Shown here: positions 7,961 through 18,383 of the stretch, piece after piece
Layout: every line of letters starts with the position of its first letter
Position numbering within the stretch: position 1 is the first letter of the stretch
Assembly (NCBI GenBank): GCA_964550425.1
Contig: CAZJZB010000002.1
Coordinates: 1,626-65,625 of the forward strand
Source of the DNA: an uncultured Candidatus Saccharibacteria bacterium
GTDB taxonomy: Bacteria; Patescibacteriota; Minisyncoccia; Phycocordibacterales; Phycocordibacteraceae
Length of the DNA stretch: 64,000 nt
Direction of reading: 5' to 3'
Position numbers and translations under genes: made by a program
Notes under the pieces: model-generated
The model's database searches: none
What the model was told of the DNA's origin: nothing
What the model saw: the letters and a program-made list of their open reading frames with translations, nothing else

Positions 7961-9379
7961 ATGCGCACACTCGGCTTGTTCATGCTAGCCATTCTCTTCC
8001 CTGCGTTTGCTCATGCCTCAGTCATCATCACCGAGATCATGTATGACTATCCCGGCACCGAAGGAAGCGGAGATCATGATTGGGTCGAGATATACAACAA
8101 CGGGCAATCAACGGTTGATCTTGGGGGTTCAACCGTGCGTTTTATGGAACGGGGGAACAATCATATTATTGCGTCGTTCAACGGAAGTTCGACACTACTT
8201 GCACCCGGTGCGGTGGCGGTAATTGCCAACAATCCCACACAGACCAAACTTGATTTCCCGAACATAGGACTCTTGCTTGATAGTTCATTTTCTTTGACGG
8301 GAACTACCACAGCGCTCGGCATCATTATTGACGGCATCAATGTTAGTCCGGTGACCTACACACCCGCACCCAGCGCATCAAATCTCGGCGATTCTCTCCA
8401 ACTGATTAATGGGGCCTGGAGTGCTGCGACACCGACGCCTGGCACGTATGCCGGAACATCTTCTTCCGCTGATGATTCCGGCGATTCTTCGATCTCCTCT
8501 TCCGATTCTTCATCGGTTGTCACAATTCAAACTTCTTCAAGCGGCGCGCCGGCTGAATATCTTCCTATACCGACGCTCCGCATAGTAACCGGGGGCGATC
8601 GTACGGTATCAACAGGAGCAGATACTGTATTCACCGCCGTCGTATATGACGGTAAAGGCAATAAGCGTGATGATGCTACGGTGCTATGGTCGTTTGGCGA
8701 CGGCATGCAGAGAACCGGTGCGAGCGTCTATCACAAGTATTACGATCCAGGCGAATATGTCGCGATTGTGCGCGCCACTACTTCCGACGGCGGAGATGCG
8801 CGAAGCGAAATGGTCATGACGGTGAAGAATGCCGGCATTAAAATTGTTTCAGTATCAACTCGCGGCATCACGCTGGAAAATACAGATTCGCGCATGCTCG
8901 ATCTCTCGCTCTGGCGTCTATCAATGGGCGGAAAAGAATTTAGAATACCGGAGGACACGCAGATTCTCGCCGGCAAGACAATTCTATTTCCGTCGCAGAT
9001 AATTCAACTCCCGATATCAGATACGGCATCGCTTCTGTATCCGAGTGGTGAGGTGGTGTTTGTGTACCCGCCATCGCTTCCAGCGAAGCAACCTTTCACT
9101 CCCGTGTCGAGTTATGAAAAAGTACAGGCGGTCCGCCTTGAGGAAGCTCCGGCGAGACAGGCCGAAGCAATTATCAGTACAAAAACGAACATTCAAACAC
9201 ATGAGGAAGCAGTAGCCGCCCCCGCAGCGACGACAAAGCTCGCCGCTGCGGGGGCGGCATTGCTCCCGTCTCAAGCACCGCCCGTCACCGCACCTGCTTC
9301 TGGTCTTCTCCATTCGCCATGGACACTCAGTTTCCTCGGCATCGTTGCGCTTGCCGCCAGTGCATTCATATTTCTCTAA
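7961..9379 (+). CDS. secreted cell-surface protein with lamin-tail domain(s) and a PKD domain, Ser-rich linker, C-terminal TM anchor
   Basis: Signal peptide MRTLGLFMLAILFPAFAHA. Lamin-tail-domain signature ITEIMYDYPGTEGSGDHDWVEIYN. PKD-like WSFGDG...YHKYYDPGEYVAIVRATTSDGG. C-terminal hydrophobic stretch LSFLGIVALAASAFIFL. Confidence 0.75.
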   Translation: MRTLGLFMLAILFPAFAHASVIITEIMYDYPGTEGSGDHDWVEIYNNGQSTVDLGGSTVRFMERGNNHIIASFNGSSTLLAPGAVAVIANNPTQTKLDFPNIGLLLDSSFSLTGTTTALGIIIDGINVSPVTYTPAPSASNLGDSLQLINGAWSAATPTPGTYAGTSSSADDSGDSSISSSDSSSVVTIQTSSSGAPAEYLPIPTLRIVTGGDRTVSTGADTVFTAVVYDGKGNKRDDATVLWSFGDGMQRTGASVYHKYYDPGEYVAIVRATTSDGGDARSEMVMTVKNAGIKIVSVSTRGITLENTDSRMLDLSLWRLSMGGKEFRIPEDTQILAGKTILFPSQIIQLPISDTASLLYPSGEVVFVYPPSLPAKQPFTPVSSYEKVQAVRLEEAPARQAEAIISTKTNIQTHEEAVAAPAATTKLAAAGAALLPSQAPPVTAPASGLLHSPWTLSFLGIVALAASAFIFL

Positions 9380-9418
9380 TGGCGTCAGTACAGCGATTTT
9401 CATACTAATCTTTCACGC

Positions 9419-10552
9419 ATGAAGCGCGTACTCATCTTCTCCCTCGCTTATTACCCGCATGTCGGCGGAGCTGAAGTCGCTCTCAAAGAAATCACCGACC
9501 GCCTGTCTGATAGTGAATTTCACATGCTCACACTCAACTTCGGCGCTGATGCACCGGAAGAAAAAATCGGGAATATTTTTGTACACCGGATAGGGAACAG
9601 CTCCTCGTATCTTTCTAAAATCTTGTTTGCGCCGCGCGCCGCAAGAGCGGCGCGCGTTCTCCATCAAACGCTTCATTTCGACGCTTTCTGGGCGCTGATG
9701 TCTTACATGCTGTTTCCCATCGTCCTGCTTCGCCTCATCGGAATTCGCGTGCCGTATCTGCTTTCGCTCCAAGAAGGCGATCCTTTCTCGCGTATGTTCA
9801 ATCGCTGGTTTATCCTCCCATTCCGACCACTCCTCTCTATCGGATTCCGAAATGCTTCGGCAGTGCAAGCTATCTCCACGTATCTTGCTCAGTGGGCAAC
9901 TATTATGGGTTTCAAAAAAGAGGTTGCAGTTATCCCAAATGGGGTAGATCTCGAACGTTTTACGGAAACCTCACATCCTACCATCGTGACCGCAGGCGTC
10001 GTTAATCTCATTACCGCCTCCCGCTTGGTCTACAAGAACGCGCTTGATGAGGTCATTCGGGCTCTCGCACTGCTGCCGGAAAACGTTCAGTTTGTAGTAT
10101 ATGGCAGCGGTCCTGACGAAAAGAAATTGCGTTCGCTCGCCGAAGATTTAAAGGTGTCAAACCGTGTACTCTTTAAAGGCCACAGGCCTCATGCTGATTT
10201 AGCTCGAGCATTTGCCACGGCCCATATCTTTATCCGTCCTTCGCGTTCAGAAGGAATGGGAAACTCGTTTGTTGAAGCGATGGCGGCTGGGCTGCCAGTT
10301 ATCGGGACGCAGGAGGGCGGCATCAGCGACTTCCTCTTTGATGCGAAAAGAAACCCCGATAAGGAGCCGACCGGCTGGGCGGTTGATGTTGATTCGCCAG
10401 AACAAGTCGCAGAAGCGGTTAGGGATATTCTTACTCATCCCGAACAGGTTGCGCAGATGACCGCGAATGCTAAACGCATGGTGACGGAGAAATATGATTG
10501 GAATCTCATCGCCAAGCAGATGCGGGGCATATTCGCTAGAATAGGCGTATGA
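9419..10552 (+). CDS. glycosyltransferase family 4 (GT-B, glycos_transf_1)
   Basis: Has the C-terminal GT4 motif RPSRSEGMGNSFVEAMAAGLPVIGT. Confidence 0.8.
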   Translation: MKRVLIFSLAYYPHVGGAEVALKEITDRLSDSEFHMLTLNFGADAPEEKIGNIFVHRIGNSSSYLSKILFAPRAARAARVLHQTLHFDAFWALMSYMLFPIVLLRLIGIRVPYLLSLQEGDPFSRMFNRWFILPFRPLLSIGFRNASAVQAISTYLAQWATIMGFKKEVAVIPNGVDLERFTETSHPTIVTAGVVNLITASRLVYKNALDEVIRALALLPENVQFVVYGSGPDEKKLRSLAEDLKVSNRVLFKGHRPHADLARAFATAHIFIRPSRSEGMGNSFVEAMAAGLPVIGTQEGGISDFLFDAKRNPDKEPTGWAVDVDSPEQVAEAVRDILTHPEQVAQMTANAKRMVTEKYDWNLIAKQMRGIFARIGV

Positions 10553-11643
10553 AGCTCGTCATCGCGACCCCCCTCTATCCGCCCGAAATAGGCGGTCCGG
10601 CGACCTACGTGAAGCTCTTAGAAGAGGGACTACCCAAGAGGGGTATCGGAGTTTCTGTGGTCAAATTTGGCGAGGTGCGGTATTTGCCGAAGCTTATCCG
10701 GCACTATGTCTACTACCGCCGCGTCCTCGCGGCGGCGCGCGGTGCCGACGCCGTTCTCGCGCTTGACCCGGTCTCGGTCGGCTTGCCGGCGATGAAGGCG
10801 GCGCAAAAGGCGGGGAAGCCCTTTGTCGTGAAGGTTGTGGGCGACTATGCGTGGGAGCAGGGTACCCAGCGGTTTGGCGTAAAGCAGAATCTAGATGAGT
10901 TCGTGCGCACGCCACAAAAATCTTTCTTCGTACGCAGAATGCAAAGAGTTCAGACGCTTGTGGCACAAAGCGCCGCACAGGTTATCGTGCCGAGCGAATA
11001 TCTGAAAGGTATCGTAACAGCGTGGGGCATCTCAAGCCAGAAGATACAGGTTATCTATAATGCCGTGTCTATCGATTCAATAGGGACAGTGCCTGAAGCC
11101 ATGAATAAACTACCGCGACCATTAGTTGTCTCTGTTGGTCGCCTCGTACCATGGAAGGGTATGGACCGCCTCATCGATGGAATGTGGGCAGCACGTAGAA
11201 AAGGGTCAAATGCCTCGCTGGTTATTGTGGGTAGCGGACCTCTAAAAACCGAACTTGAGAGGAAAGCAAGATTTCTACTAAAGGATAATTACTGGTTTGC
11301 TGGAGAGCTCTCGCATATTGATACACTCGCGGCCATCAAAGATGCCGATATTTTCGTCCTAAATTCTTCGTATGAAGGGCTTTCGCATGTCTTGATAGAG
11401 GCTCTCAAGCTTGGAACATGCATTCTCACCACGAACGCTGGAGGAAATGACGAGATTGTTGTACGAGGCACCGGGATTACCATTAAAGTCGGGGATGAAG
11501 CTCGATTTGCTTCGAGCCTTCGAATACTTATTGAACACCAGGAAGAACGATCTCGTCTTTCATCTGCTGCGAAACAATCCGGACAAAGGTTTTCGTTAGA
11601 AACTATGCTCTCTGCAACGGTTACGGCGTTGCAAAACATATGA
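10549..11643 (+). CDS. glycosyltransferase family 4
   Basis: The YPPEIGGPATYV N-terminus and SYEGLSHVLIEALKLGTCILTT motif are typical of GT4. ATGA overlap with the upstream gene. Confidence 0.8.
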   Translation: MKLVIATPLYPPEIGGPATYVKLLEEGLPKRGIGVSVVKFGEVRYLPKLIRHYVYYRRVLAAARGADAVLALDPVSVGLPAMKAAQKAGKPFVVKVVGDYAWEQGTQRFGVKQNLDEFVRTPQKSFFVRRMQRVQTLVAQSAAQVIVPSEYLKGIVTAWGISSQKIQVIYNAVSIDSIGTVPEAMNKLPRPLVVSVGRLVPWKGMDRLIDGMWAARRKGSNASLVIVGSGPLKTELERKARFLLKDNYWFAGELSHIDTLAAIKDADIFVLNSSYEGLSHVLIEALKLGTCILTTNAGGNDEIVVRGTGITIKVGDEARFASSLRILIEHQEERSRLSSAAKQSGQRFSLETMLSATVTALQNI

Positions 11644-12761
11644 AAGTCCTCTTTATTTCAAATGATCCGACGATATTTGATGCGGGGAGCGTTGCTCGCG
11701 GGCGCATGCGCACATACGCGGCGTTCATGGGAGAATTGCACATTCTGTCTTTTGCCGATCGAAATACAACAGAAGAGCAAGAACAAAATCTTTTTCTTCA
11801 TCCAGTGCATGCATGGGCATTCTTGCGCATTCGTGTGCTCGCGGAGCGGGCACACGAACTTATTCTGAAGCATGACATTGAAGTTGTCTCGGCGCAGGAC
11901 CCTTTTGAACATGGACTTGCCGCGCTACGGGCCGTGCAGGGCACGAACGCGAAGCTGCATATTCAAGTGCATACCGATTTTCTTTCACCATGGTTTGTGA
12001 AGGGTGGCACGTTACGCACCTCATTCCTCAATCGTTACCGCCGTAGGATCGCTGATCGTGTTTTGCCAGCGGCTAGCGGTGTCCGAGCAGTTTCCGAGCG
12101 CGTAAAGGATTCACTTGTGGCCCGCTATGGTTCGCGCATTCCCGAACCATCGGTCATTCCCCTTACGGTTTCTATGGAGATACCAACACGCGCATCATTG
12201 CCTACGCACACCTTCACTTTCGCACTCATTGCGGTCGGGCGCTTGGAGCCCGAGAAACGCATTGAGGATATCCTTACAGCACTCTCGCTTGTCATCAAGC
12301 AGTATCCGATACTAGGACTTTTCATCGTCGGCGATGGTCGCGAGCGCGGTCGGCTTGAACGCCTGACACGTACTCTTAATCTTGAGAAACATATCGTCTT
12401 TCTCGGAGAACGTTCCGACGCGCGAGCGCTTATGGGAAGCGCGCAGGCATTCATCCAAGCGAGCGCGTATGAGGGATATGGCCGTACGCTTATTGAGGCA
12501 GCGCTTGCCAGGATTCCTATCATCACGACCGATGTCGGCATCGTGGGGGAAATATTTAAAGACCATACAGATGTGCTTGTAGCGCCGGTTGCCAATCCCA
12601 AAGCTCTCTCGCTCAATATCATCAGATTCATAGAAGATACCGCGATGCGACAAGAACTTCCGAGGCACGCCGAAGATACTGCGCGAGTGCATCTTGCCGT
12701 ACAAGGGAATATCGCGGAACGCATCCGGGACGACCTCATAGGCACACTGCAGAAGATATGA
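11640..12761 (+). CDS. glycosyltransferase family 4
   Basis: Has the GT4 motif SAYEGYGRTLIEAALARIPIITTDVG. ATGA overlap. Confidence 0.8.
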   Translation: MKVLFISNDPTIFDAGSVARGRMRTYAAFMGELHILSFADRNTTEEQEQNLFLHPVHAWAFLRIRVLAERAHELILKHDIEVVSAQDPFEHGLAALRAVQGTNAKLHIQVHTDFLSPWFVKGGTLRTSFLNRYRRRIADRVLPAASGVRAVSERVKDSLVARYGSRIPEPSVIPLTVSMEIPTRASLPTHTFTFALIAVGRLEPEKRIEDILTALSLVIKQYPILGLFIVGDGRERGRLERLTRTLNLEKHIVFLGERSDARALMGSAQAFIQASAYEGYGRTLIEAALARIPIITTDVGIVGEIFKDHTDVLVAPVANPKALSLNIIRFIEDTAMRQELPRHAEDTARVHLAVQGNIAERIRDDLIGTLQKI

Positions 12762-13852
12762 CAACACGAGCGCAGAAACGCCTTACCATTTGTTTTTTTG
12801 GTTACGATGAGAAAGATGAAGGCGGACGCGCATGGACAATACGGACCGGTCTTGCTGAAAACGGTGTCACGATCAAACAGTGTCGGACGCTTGTTAACGG
12901 GTTTTTTCCGAAATATCGCAATCTATATCTGAAATGGAGAGACATATCAGCTGTGGATGCGATGTACGTTATTTTCATGGGCTACTATCTGATGCCGCTT
13001 GCGTGGTACCTCGCGCGCCGACGGGGGATTCCGGTAATACTCGATACGCTCGTATCGCAATATGATACCGAAGTCACAGATCGCAAGAGAGTGTCGCGTT
13101 TTAGTTTGCGTGCGTGGTTTTTATGGGCAGCGGATTTCATTTCCTGTTTCATTGCCGATGCGATTGTCGTTGATACGCGCGAGCATAAGAGATTTTTTGC
13201 CGAAAAGTTCTTCGTCAATCCTCGGAAGATTATCATCATTCCTGTCGGATGCCGTTCCGACCTCTTCAAACCGTTTCCTCATGTGAAGAAATCGGACGAT
13301 GAATGTACCGTTGAATTTCACGGGGGGTTTAGTCCATTACATGGCGTCGAATACATCATGGAGGCAGCAAAAATTCTGCAGGATAAGAATGAGAATGTAC
13401 ATTTTGAGATTACCGGCAGAGGGCAAATGTTTGCAGAGATCACTCATATGGCTAGAGAGCTTCATCTCGCGAACGTTGCATTTTTTGATATGAAACCAAT
13501 AGAAGAACTTCCTCGTTCTATTGCGCGAGGCGATATATGTCTCGGTGTATTTGGAACGAGCGCAAAGGCATTGCGTATTATTCCAAATAAGGTTTATGAA
13601 TGTCTCAGTTGCGGAAAGCCGGTCATCACCGAACGTTCCCCGGCCGCGCTTGAGATGTTGCACGATCGCGAAGATGTCTACATGGTAGAGCCAGGTAATG
13701 GGACCAATCTTGCCGAGAAAATCTTGGAACTGAAACACAACTCAGCGGAGCGCGCCCGTCTCGGCGAGCGCGCCCGCGCCATCTCGCTTGCCGCATTCTC
13801 CTCGCATACAATCACTCTTCCGCTCGTAGAGTGGCTCGAATCACACGCATGA
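12758..13852 (+). CDS. glycosyltransferase, GT4-like
   Basis: Has the C-terminal motif KVYECLSCGKPVITERS and Rossmann-like halves. ATGA overlap. Confidence 0.7.
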   Translation: MTTRAQKRLTICFFGYDEKDEGGRAWTIRTGLAENGVTIKQCRTLVNGFFPKYRNLYLKWRDISAVDAMYVIFMGYYLMPLAWYLARRRGIPVILDTLVSQYDTEVTDRKRVSRFSLRAWFLWAADFISCFIADAIVVDTREHKRFFAEKFFVNPRKIIIIPVGCRSDLFKPFPHVKKSDDECTVEFHGGFSPLHGVEYIMEAAKILQDKNENVHFEITGRGQMFAEITHMARELHLANVAFFDMKPIEELPRSIARGDICLGVFGTSAKALRIIPNKVYECLSCGKPVITERSPAALEMLHDREDVYMVEPGNGTNLAEKILELKHNSAERARLGERARAISLAAFSSHTITLPLVEWLESHA

Positions 13853-13917
13853 ATCCCGTTAGAAATCACGAACCACAACCAATAAACCGAAAAACATCGG
13901 GTTCTATTTCTAACGGG

Positions 13918-14901
13918 ATGAAGCTACTGATCATCACCCAAGTAGTTGATTCCGAAGACCCGATATTGGGATTTTTTCACCGTTGGATAGAGGAGTTTGC
14001 CAAGCATGTCGAGCGAGTCGAGGTTATTTGTCTCAAGGAGGGTCGCCACGTTCTGCCGGCACATGTACAGGTTCATTCTCTGGGCAAAGAACGTGGAGCA
14101 GTCGGGCGCGCCACGTACGCGCTACGCTTTCTCCTGCTTGCATGGCGCTTGCGGCGCGATTACAACGCGGTTTTCGTGCATATGAATCCCGAATACGTTA
14201 TGCTCGCCGGGCCGCTCTGGCGGCTCTGGGGCAAGCATGTCGCCTTATGGTACACACATAAAAGCGTCAATCTGAAATTACGGATAGCAGTTCTATTTGC
14301 ACATGTCGTTTTCACCGCCTCGATAGAGAGTTTCCGGTTGGGGACAGCGAAACTCCGCATCATGGGGCATGGCATCGATGTTGATTTTTTCTCTCCCGAT
14401 TCAAGCGTACAGCGAGGAACTACAGTGCTTTCAGTAGGTCGACTTTCCCCGATAAAGCGCCACGATATCGTCATTCGCGCGGCGAAGCATTTCCCAAATG
14501 ACGTCCATATCGCAGGCGATGGACCGGAAATGCGTCATTTAGAGAATCTAACAAAACATCTCTCCCTCGTTTCGCGCGTGCATTTTCTAGGATCGAAAAC
14601 ACAAGAACAATTGCGAGAAGAATACCGGCGGGCAGGCGTCTTCGTTCATGCGAGCGAGACGGGTAGTTTGGACAAAGTCGTGCTTGAAGCGCTCGCCTGC
14701 GGCCTCCCGGTCATTACGACGAGCGCGTCTTTAAAGAATCTTCCGGTCACTGTAGTGTCCGCCACGCCGGATGCCATCGCACAAGCAGTTATCAGCGTGC
14801 GAGACGCGAACGCGCAATCGCTCGTTACCTATGTACAAGAACATCATTCGCTGCAGCGTCTCGTTCCCACGATACTTGGTATTATGCGAGACACTATATG
14901 A
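13918..14901 (+). CDS. glycosyltransferase family 4
   Basis: ORF track 13831..14901; start chosen at MKLLIITQV (ATG 13918). Carries the motif ASETGSLDKVVLEALACGLPVITT. Confidence 0.75.
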   Translation: MKLLIITQVVDSEDPILGFFHRWIEEFAKHVERVEVICLKEGRHVLPAHVQVHSLGKERGAVGRATYALRFLLLAWRLRRDYNAVFVHMNPEYVMLAGPLWRLWGKHVALWYTHKSVNLKLRIAVLFAHVVFTASIESFRLGTAKLRIMGHGIDVDFFSPDSSVQRGTTVLSVGRLSPIKRHDIVIRAAKHFPNDVHIAGDGPEMRHLENLTKHLSLVSRVHFLGSKTQEQLREEYRRAGVFVHASETGSLDKVVLEALACGLPVITTSASLKNLPVTVVSATPDAIAQAVISVRDANAQSLVTYVQEHHSLQRLVPTILGIMRDTI

Positions 14902-15992
14902 AAATCGGATTCGTCGCAGAGCCCTATGAAGAGTCCGGTGCTTCCGGCATGGGCTATATGATTTGGGAGTTCTTGAAAAATCTGCCTGTTGCGGGAAGAA
15001 ACCACGAGTTCACCATCTATTCTTCTATGCCTATACGAAAAGATCTTGTACCAGTTCCTGTGCGCAATGTCATAGTCCCAAAAGGTTTTCTAGGGAAGTT
15101 TCTCTGGTTTTTATGGACAAAGGAAGATATAGATGTCCTCTTGTTTGTTACGCCGCTCCTGCCGCTCATACTGCCACATCGCATTGGGGCAGTGTCTATT
15201 TGTCCGGAACTAGTGAGTCAAAAAATAATGCCCGGATCGCTCCGCGACAAATTCTTGGCATTTCTTCGCGATTATATACTTATGCCGATATGCTTGCGGC
15301 GTGCTCTTAAAATCATCACTATCTCGCACGCTACAAAAGAAGATATAATTAAATATTATAAGATTCCATCAGAGGATATCTCCGTCATATACGTTGGTTT
15401 TCAGGACCTCAGCCCGTATAAAGACACAGCGCCCGTGGTTGATGAGAAAATCAAGCCATATTTCTTTTTTACTGGAAGGGTAAAACCGCGTAAAAATGTC
15501 CACGCGATAGTATCCGCATTCATACGATTCAAGAAACGGACGCACGCTGACTGCAAGCTTGTGATAGCAGGCAAGGCCGGTGGCGACTATTACCAATTGA
15601 TGCTTACAGAGCTTGAGAAAAATGGAATGCAAGCCGATGTATTTTTTGTCGGTTATGTGTCGACGGAATTGCTCTGTTCGTATTACATGCATGCGTTGGC
15701 GTTTGTCTTTCCGTCGCTAAACGAAGGGTTCGGCATGCCGGTTGTTGAGGCAATGAACCTTGGTGCGCCCGTTATTACCTCCTCTATTTCATCTCTACCC
15801 GAGGCGGCCGGAGACGCAGGGTTATTGGTTGATCCATATGATATCGAGGATATTAGCCGCGCTATGGAAAAAATATTTTCTGATTCCGGTCTGCGCGCGA
15901 CACTTATCGAAAGAGGATACGCGCAGGCAAAGAAATTCTCTTGGGAGAAAACAGCGAGAGAATATATGTCCGTCATAGAAGGGGTCATATGA
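14898..15992 (+). CDS. glycosyltransferase family 4
   Basis: Has the GT4 motif PSLNEGFGMPVVEAMNLGAPVITSS. ATGA overlap. Confidence 0.8.
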   Translation: MKIGFVAEPYEESGASGMGYMIWEFLKNLPVAGRNHEFTIYSSMPIRKDLVPVPVRNVIVPKGFLGKFLWFLWTKEDIDVLLFVTPLLPLILPHRIGAVSICPELVSQKIMPGSLRDKFLAFLRDYILMPICLRRALKIITISHATKEDIIKYYKIPSEDISVIYVGFQDLSPYKDTAPVVDEKIKPYFFFTGRVKPRKNVHAIVSAFIRFKKRTHADCKLVIAGKAGGDYYQLMLTELEKNGMQADVFFVGYVSTELLCSYYMHALAFVFPSLNEGFGMPVVEAMNLGAPVITSSISSLPEAAGDAGLLVDPYDIEDISRAMEKIFSDSGLRATLIERGYAQAKKFSWEKTAREYMSVIEGVI

Positions 15993-17086
15993 CACCGACC
16001 GATCACCTTACGCTGTATGTGAATCCTTCGTGGCGCCGTTCAGGTATCCATACGCCGCTCCTGAACCCATGGTGGGGTAATCCAAACGAGGAATCATCGG
16101 TCTTAGCAAAACAGCTCTTTGATACCTATTCGTTTGATACTGCGTACTACACCATCACTGATAACCTTGAAAAGGCCGATATGGTGTTCGCGCCCTATCG
16201 GCATAATTGGCTGTTACAGTTCGATACCGCTTTACTTGCGGAGTGTACTAATGCCGCACAAACTGCAAATCTTCCACTGCTCTTAGATGGTTGCGGAGAT
16301 GTTGAGCATCCCCTTGATATAGAAAACGCATTTATTCTTCGCATCGGCGGGTACCGTTTTATGAGCGAGCGTGGGAGGATACAGATACCACCTCTCGCGG
16401 ACGATCTCTTGGAGCGGTACAGGGCCGGCCGCCTTGATATTCGCAAAAAAACAGAAGGGAAGCCCATCGTCGGATTTGCGGGTTGGACCAAGCTCTCTCC
16501 CACGCAGTATCTCCGAACGGTTATAAAAGAGTTGCCGGTGCGCGCACGCGGCGTCATTGACGCACGATATCGAGCTTGTATCAAGGGCGTATTGTGGCGT
16601 CAAAAGGCGATACAGATACTAAAACACTCTTCCCTCGTAACGCTCACTCTCCGCGCGCGACATTCTTTTTCCGCGAGTCCAAAGACGGCAGAAGGCGATA
16701 TGTCGAAACTCCGAGAGGAAATGGTTGAGACCATACTGCAAAGCGATTACGCGCTTGATGTGCGCGGGGACGCAAACGATTCAACGCGGCTGTTTGAGAT
16801 ACTATCGCTGGGGCGCATTCCCGTTATCGTTGATACTGAACGAAACTTTCCTTTCAGCGACACAATTGATTACTCGTCTTTTGCGCTCATAATTGATTTC
16901 CGCGATATCAATCGTTTATCCGAACGGATAGCAGAATTTCATAAGAACATTTCGCCGGAACGATATGAACAGATGCAACAGAATGCTCGCGATGCCTACA
17001 TGAATTATTTCCGCATTGATGCGCTTATGCGGCCGATTGTAGAGGAACTACAAGCAAGAATGTCATCTAAAATCACTTTTCGCTAG
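15989..17086 (+). CDS. exostosin-like (GT47-type) glycosyltransferase domain protein
   Basis: Start at the ATG overlapping the upstream stop (MTPTDHL...). C-terminal RLFEILSLGRIPVIVDT...FPF resembles the exostosin-family signature. Moderate confidence. Confidence 0.6.
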   Translation: MTPTDHLTLYVNPSWRRSGIHTPLLNPWWGNPNEESSVLAKQLFDTYSFDTAYYTITDNLEKADMVFAPYRHNWLLQFDTALLAECTNAAQTANLPLLLDGCGDVEHPLDIENAFILRIGGYRFMSERGRIQIPPLADDLLERYRAGRLDIRKKTEGKPIVGFAGWTKLSPTQYLRTVIKELPVRARGVIDARYRACIKGVLWRQKAIQILKHSSLVTLTLRARHSFSASPKTAEGDMSKLREEMVETILQSDYALDVRGDANDSTRLFEILSLGRIPVIVDTERNFPFSDTIDYSSFALIIDFRDINRLSERIAEFHKNISPERYEQMQQNARDAYMNYFRIDALMRPIVEELQARMSSKITFR

Positions 17087-17916
17087 CGCCATGCGAAAAT
17101 CATATACGTATAAATAGTGTCTTTGCCGATCATCTGGTGCGGCAGTGCTGTGGACTGCACAAATGTATGGAACCCATGCGTCTTGAGCAAGGTAAGCATC
17201 TCACTCAGCGTTCGTGTGAAGAATCCAGGGATGTAATGGTACTCAAGCTGTATTGACGCAATATGCCGTAACGCATGTTGTGCTTCGAGTTCTTCCAGGA
17301 CATCAAGCTCTCCTCCTTCAATATCTATCTTGAGCAGATCAATCGCTTCATCGATATAGTGCGAAAGAGTATCAACTTCTACTTTATACGAGTTGAGAAC
17401 ACGACCACTCTTTCCCAAATGATGTGCGACGCTCCCTCCGCTACTTGTTGGCACTTTGTCCTCAACGAAAAACTCTGTCCTACCTTTTTCTTTTCCGAGT
17501 GCGTACGGGAATACCCGGACGTCCTTTCCCCAAGCATTTGCCTCGATATTTTTCTCTAGCACCGCCCGGGCGGCGGGATTTGGCTCAAAACACATAACGC
17601 GTGCATGAGGCGCACGGGTCTTGATATAGAGAAGCGACACGCCGATATTCGCTCCGCAGTCGATGACATTAATCGGCTCCTGTGTAGGTACGAGGGAATA
17701 GGTCTCTTTGAAGAAGATTTCTGTGAAAAGCCCTTCGAAGAAGGCAAGTGAGGGAAAATAAAATACATATGTTCCTACAGGGATGCGAGCAAGTTTTCCT
17801 CCGCGGGGTGGGTTGATCTTGTTCCTTATATGCGCCACCGTAAAGGCGCACGCCGCTCTAAAACCGATAAGCGCACGAAGCTGCGAAAAGTATCCAATGA
17901 ATCTGAAAAATTTCAT
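17083..17916 (-). CDS. FkbM-family SAM-dependent methyltransferase
   Basis: IDCGANIGVS...FEPNP and LLKIDIEGGELDVL signatures. Confidence 0.75.
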   Translation of the reverse strand: MKFFRFIGYFSQLRALIGFRAACAFTVAHIRNKINPPRGGKLARIPVGTYVFYFPSLAFFEGLFTEIFFKETYSLVPTQEPINVIDCGANIGVSLLYIKTRAPHARVMCFEPNPAARAVLEKNIEANAWGKDVRVFPYALGKEKGRTEFFVEDKVPTSSGGSVAHHLGKSGRVLNSYKVEVDTLSHYIDEAIDLLKIDIEGGELDVLEELEAQHALRHIASIQLEYHYIPGFFTRTLSEMLTLLKTHGFHTFVQSTALPHQMIGKDTIYTYMIFAWR

Positions 17917-17961
17917 TTCGGGCTCATTCTATCGCACTTTGTTAGATGCTACTATTGTGTC

Positions 17962-18336
17962 ATGCATATCCTGAAATTTTTTACGACGGGAATGATCGGA
18001 CTCAGTATAAATCTTGGCGCATTCCATATTCTGTATGTGCTTGGTGTGCCTTATCTCGCAGGATCTGCCACGGCATTGTTCGTTGCAATGCTCGTCGGCT
18101 TTGTACTCCAGAAATACTGGACATTTCAAGACCGCTCATCGGAGCGTATGCATATACAGTTCGCACTATACGCAGCGCTTGCGCTCGGTAATCTCGCAGT
18201 GAACACTTTCATCGTATTCCTTCTTGTCGAATACGCGAGCGCACACTACCTCATCGCACAAACCGTCGGAGCCGGTTTGGTTGCCACTACGAGTTACTTT
18301 ATCTACAGGTTTTATATATTTGCGGATGTGTCCTAG
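17962..18336 (+). CDS. GtrA-family membrane protein (polysaccharide synthesis/translocation accessory)
   Basis: Start at MHILKFFTTGMIGLSINLG. Four hydrophobic helices of GtrA-like size (about 124 aa). Confidence 0.7.
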   Translation: MHILKFFTTGMIGLSINLGAFHILYVLGVPYLAGSATALFVAMLVGFVLQKYWTFQDRSSERMHIQFALYAALALGNLAVNTFIVFLLVEYASAHYLIAQTVGAGLVATTSYFIYRFYIFADVS

Positions 18337-18383
18337 AGAAGTACCTCTTTCTTCACCTTCCCGCGCTTTGTGTATTACGGAAA

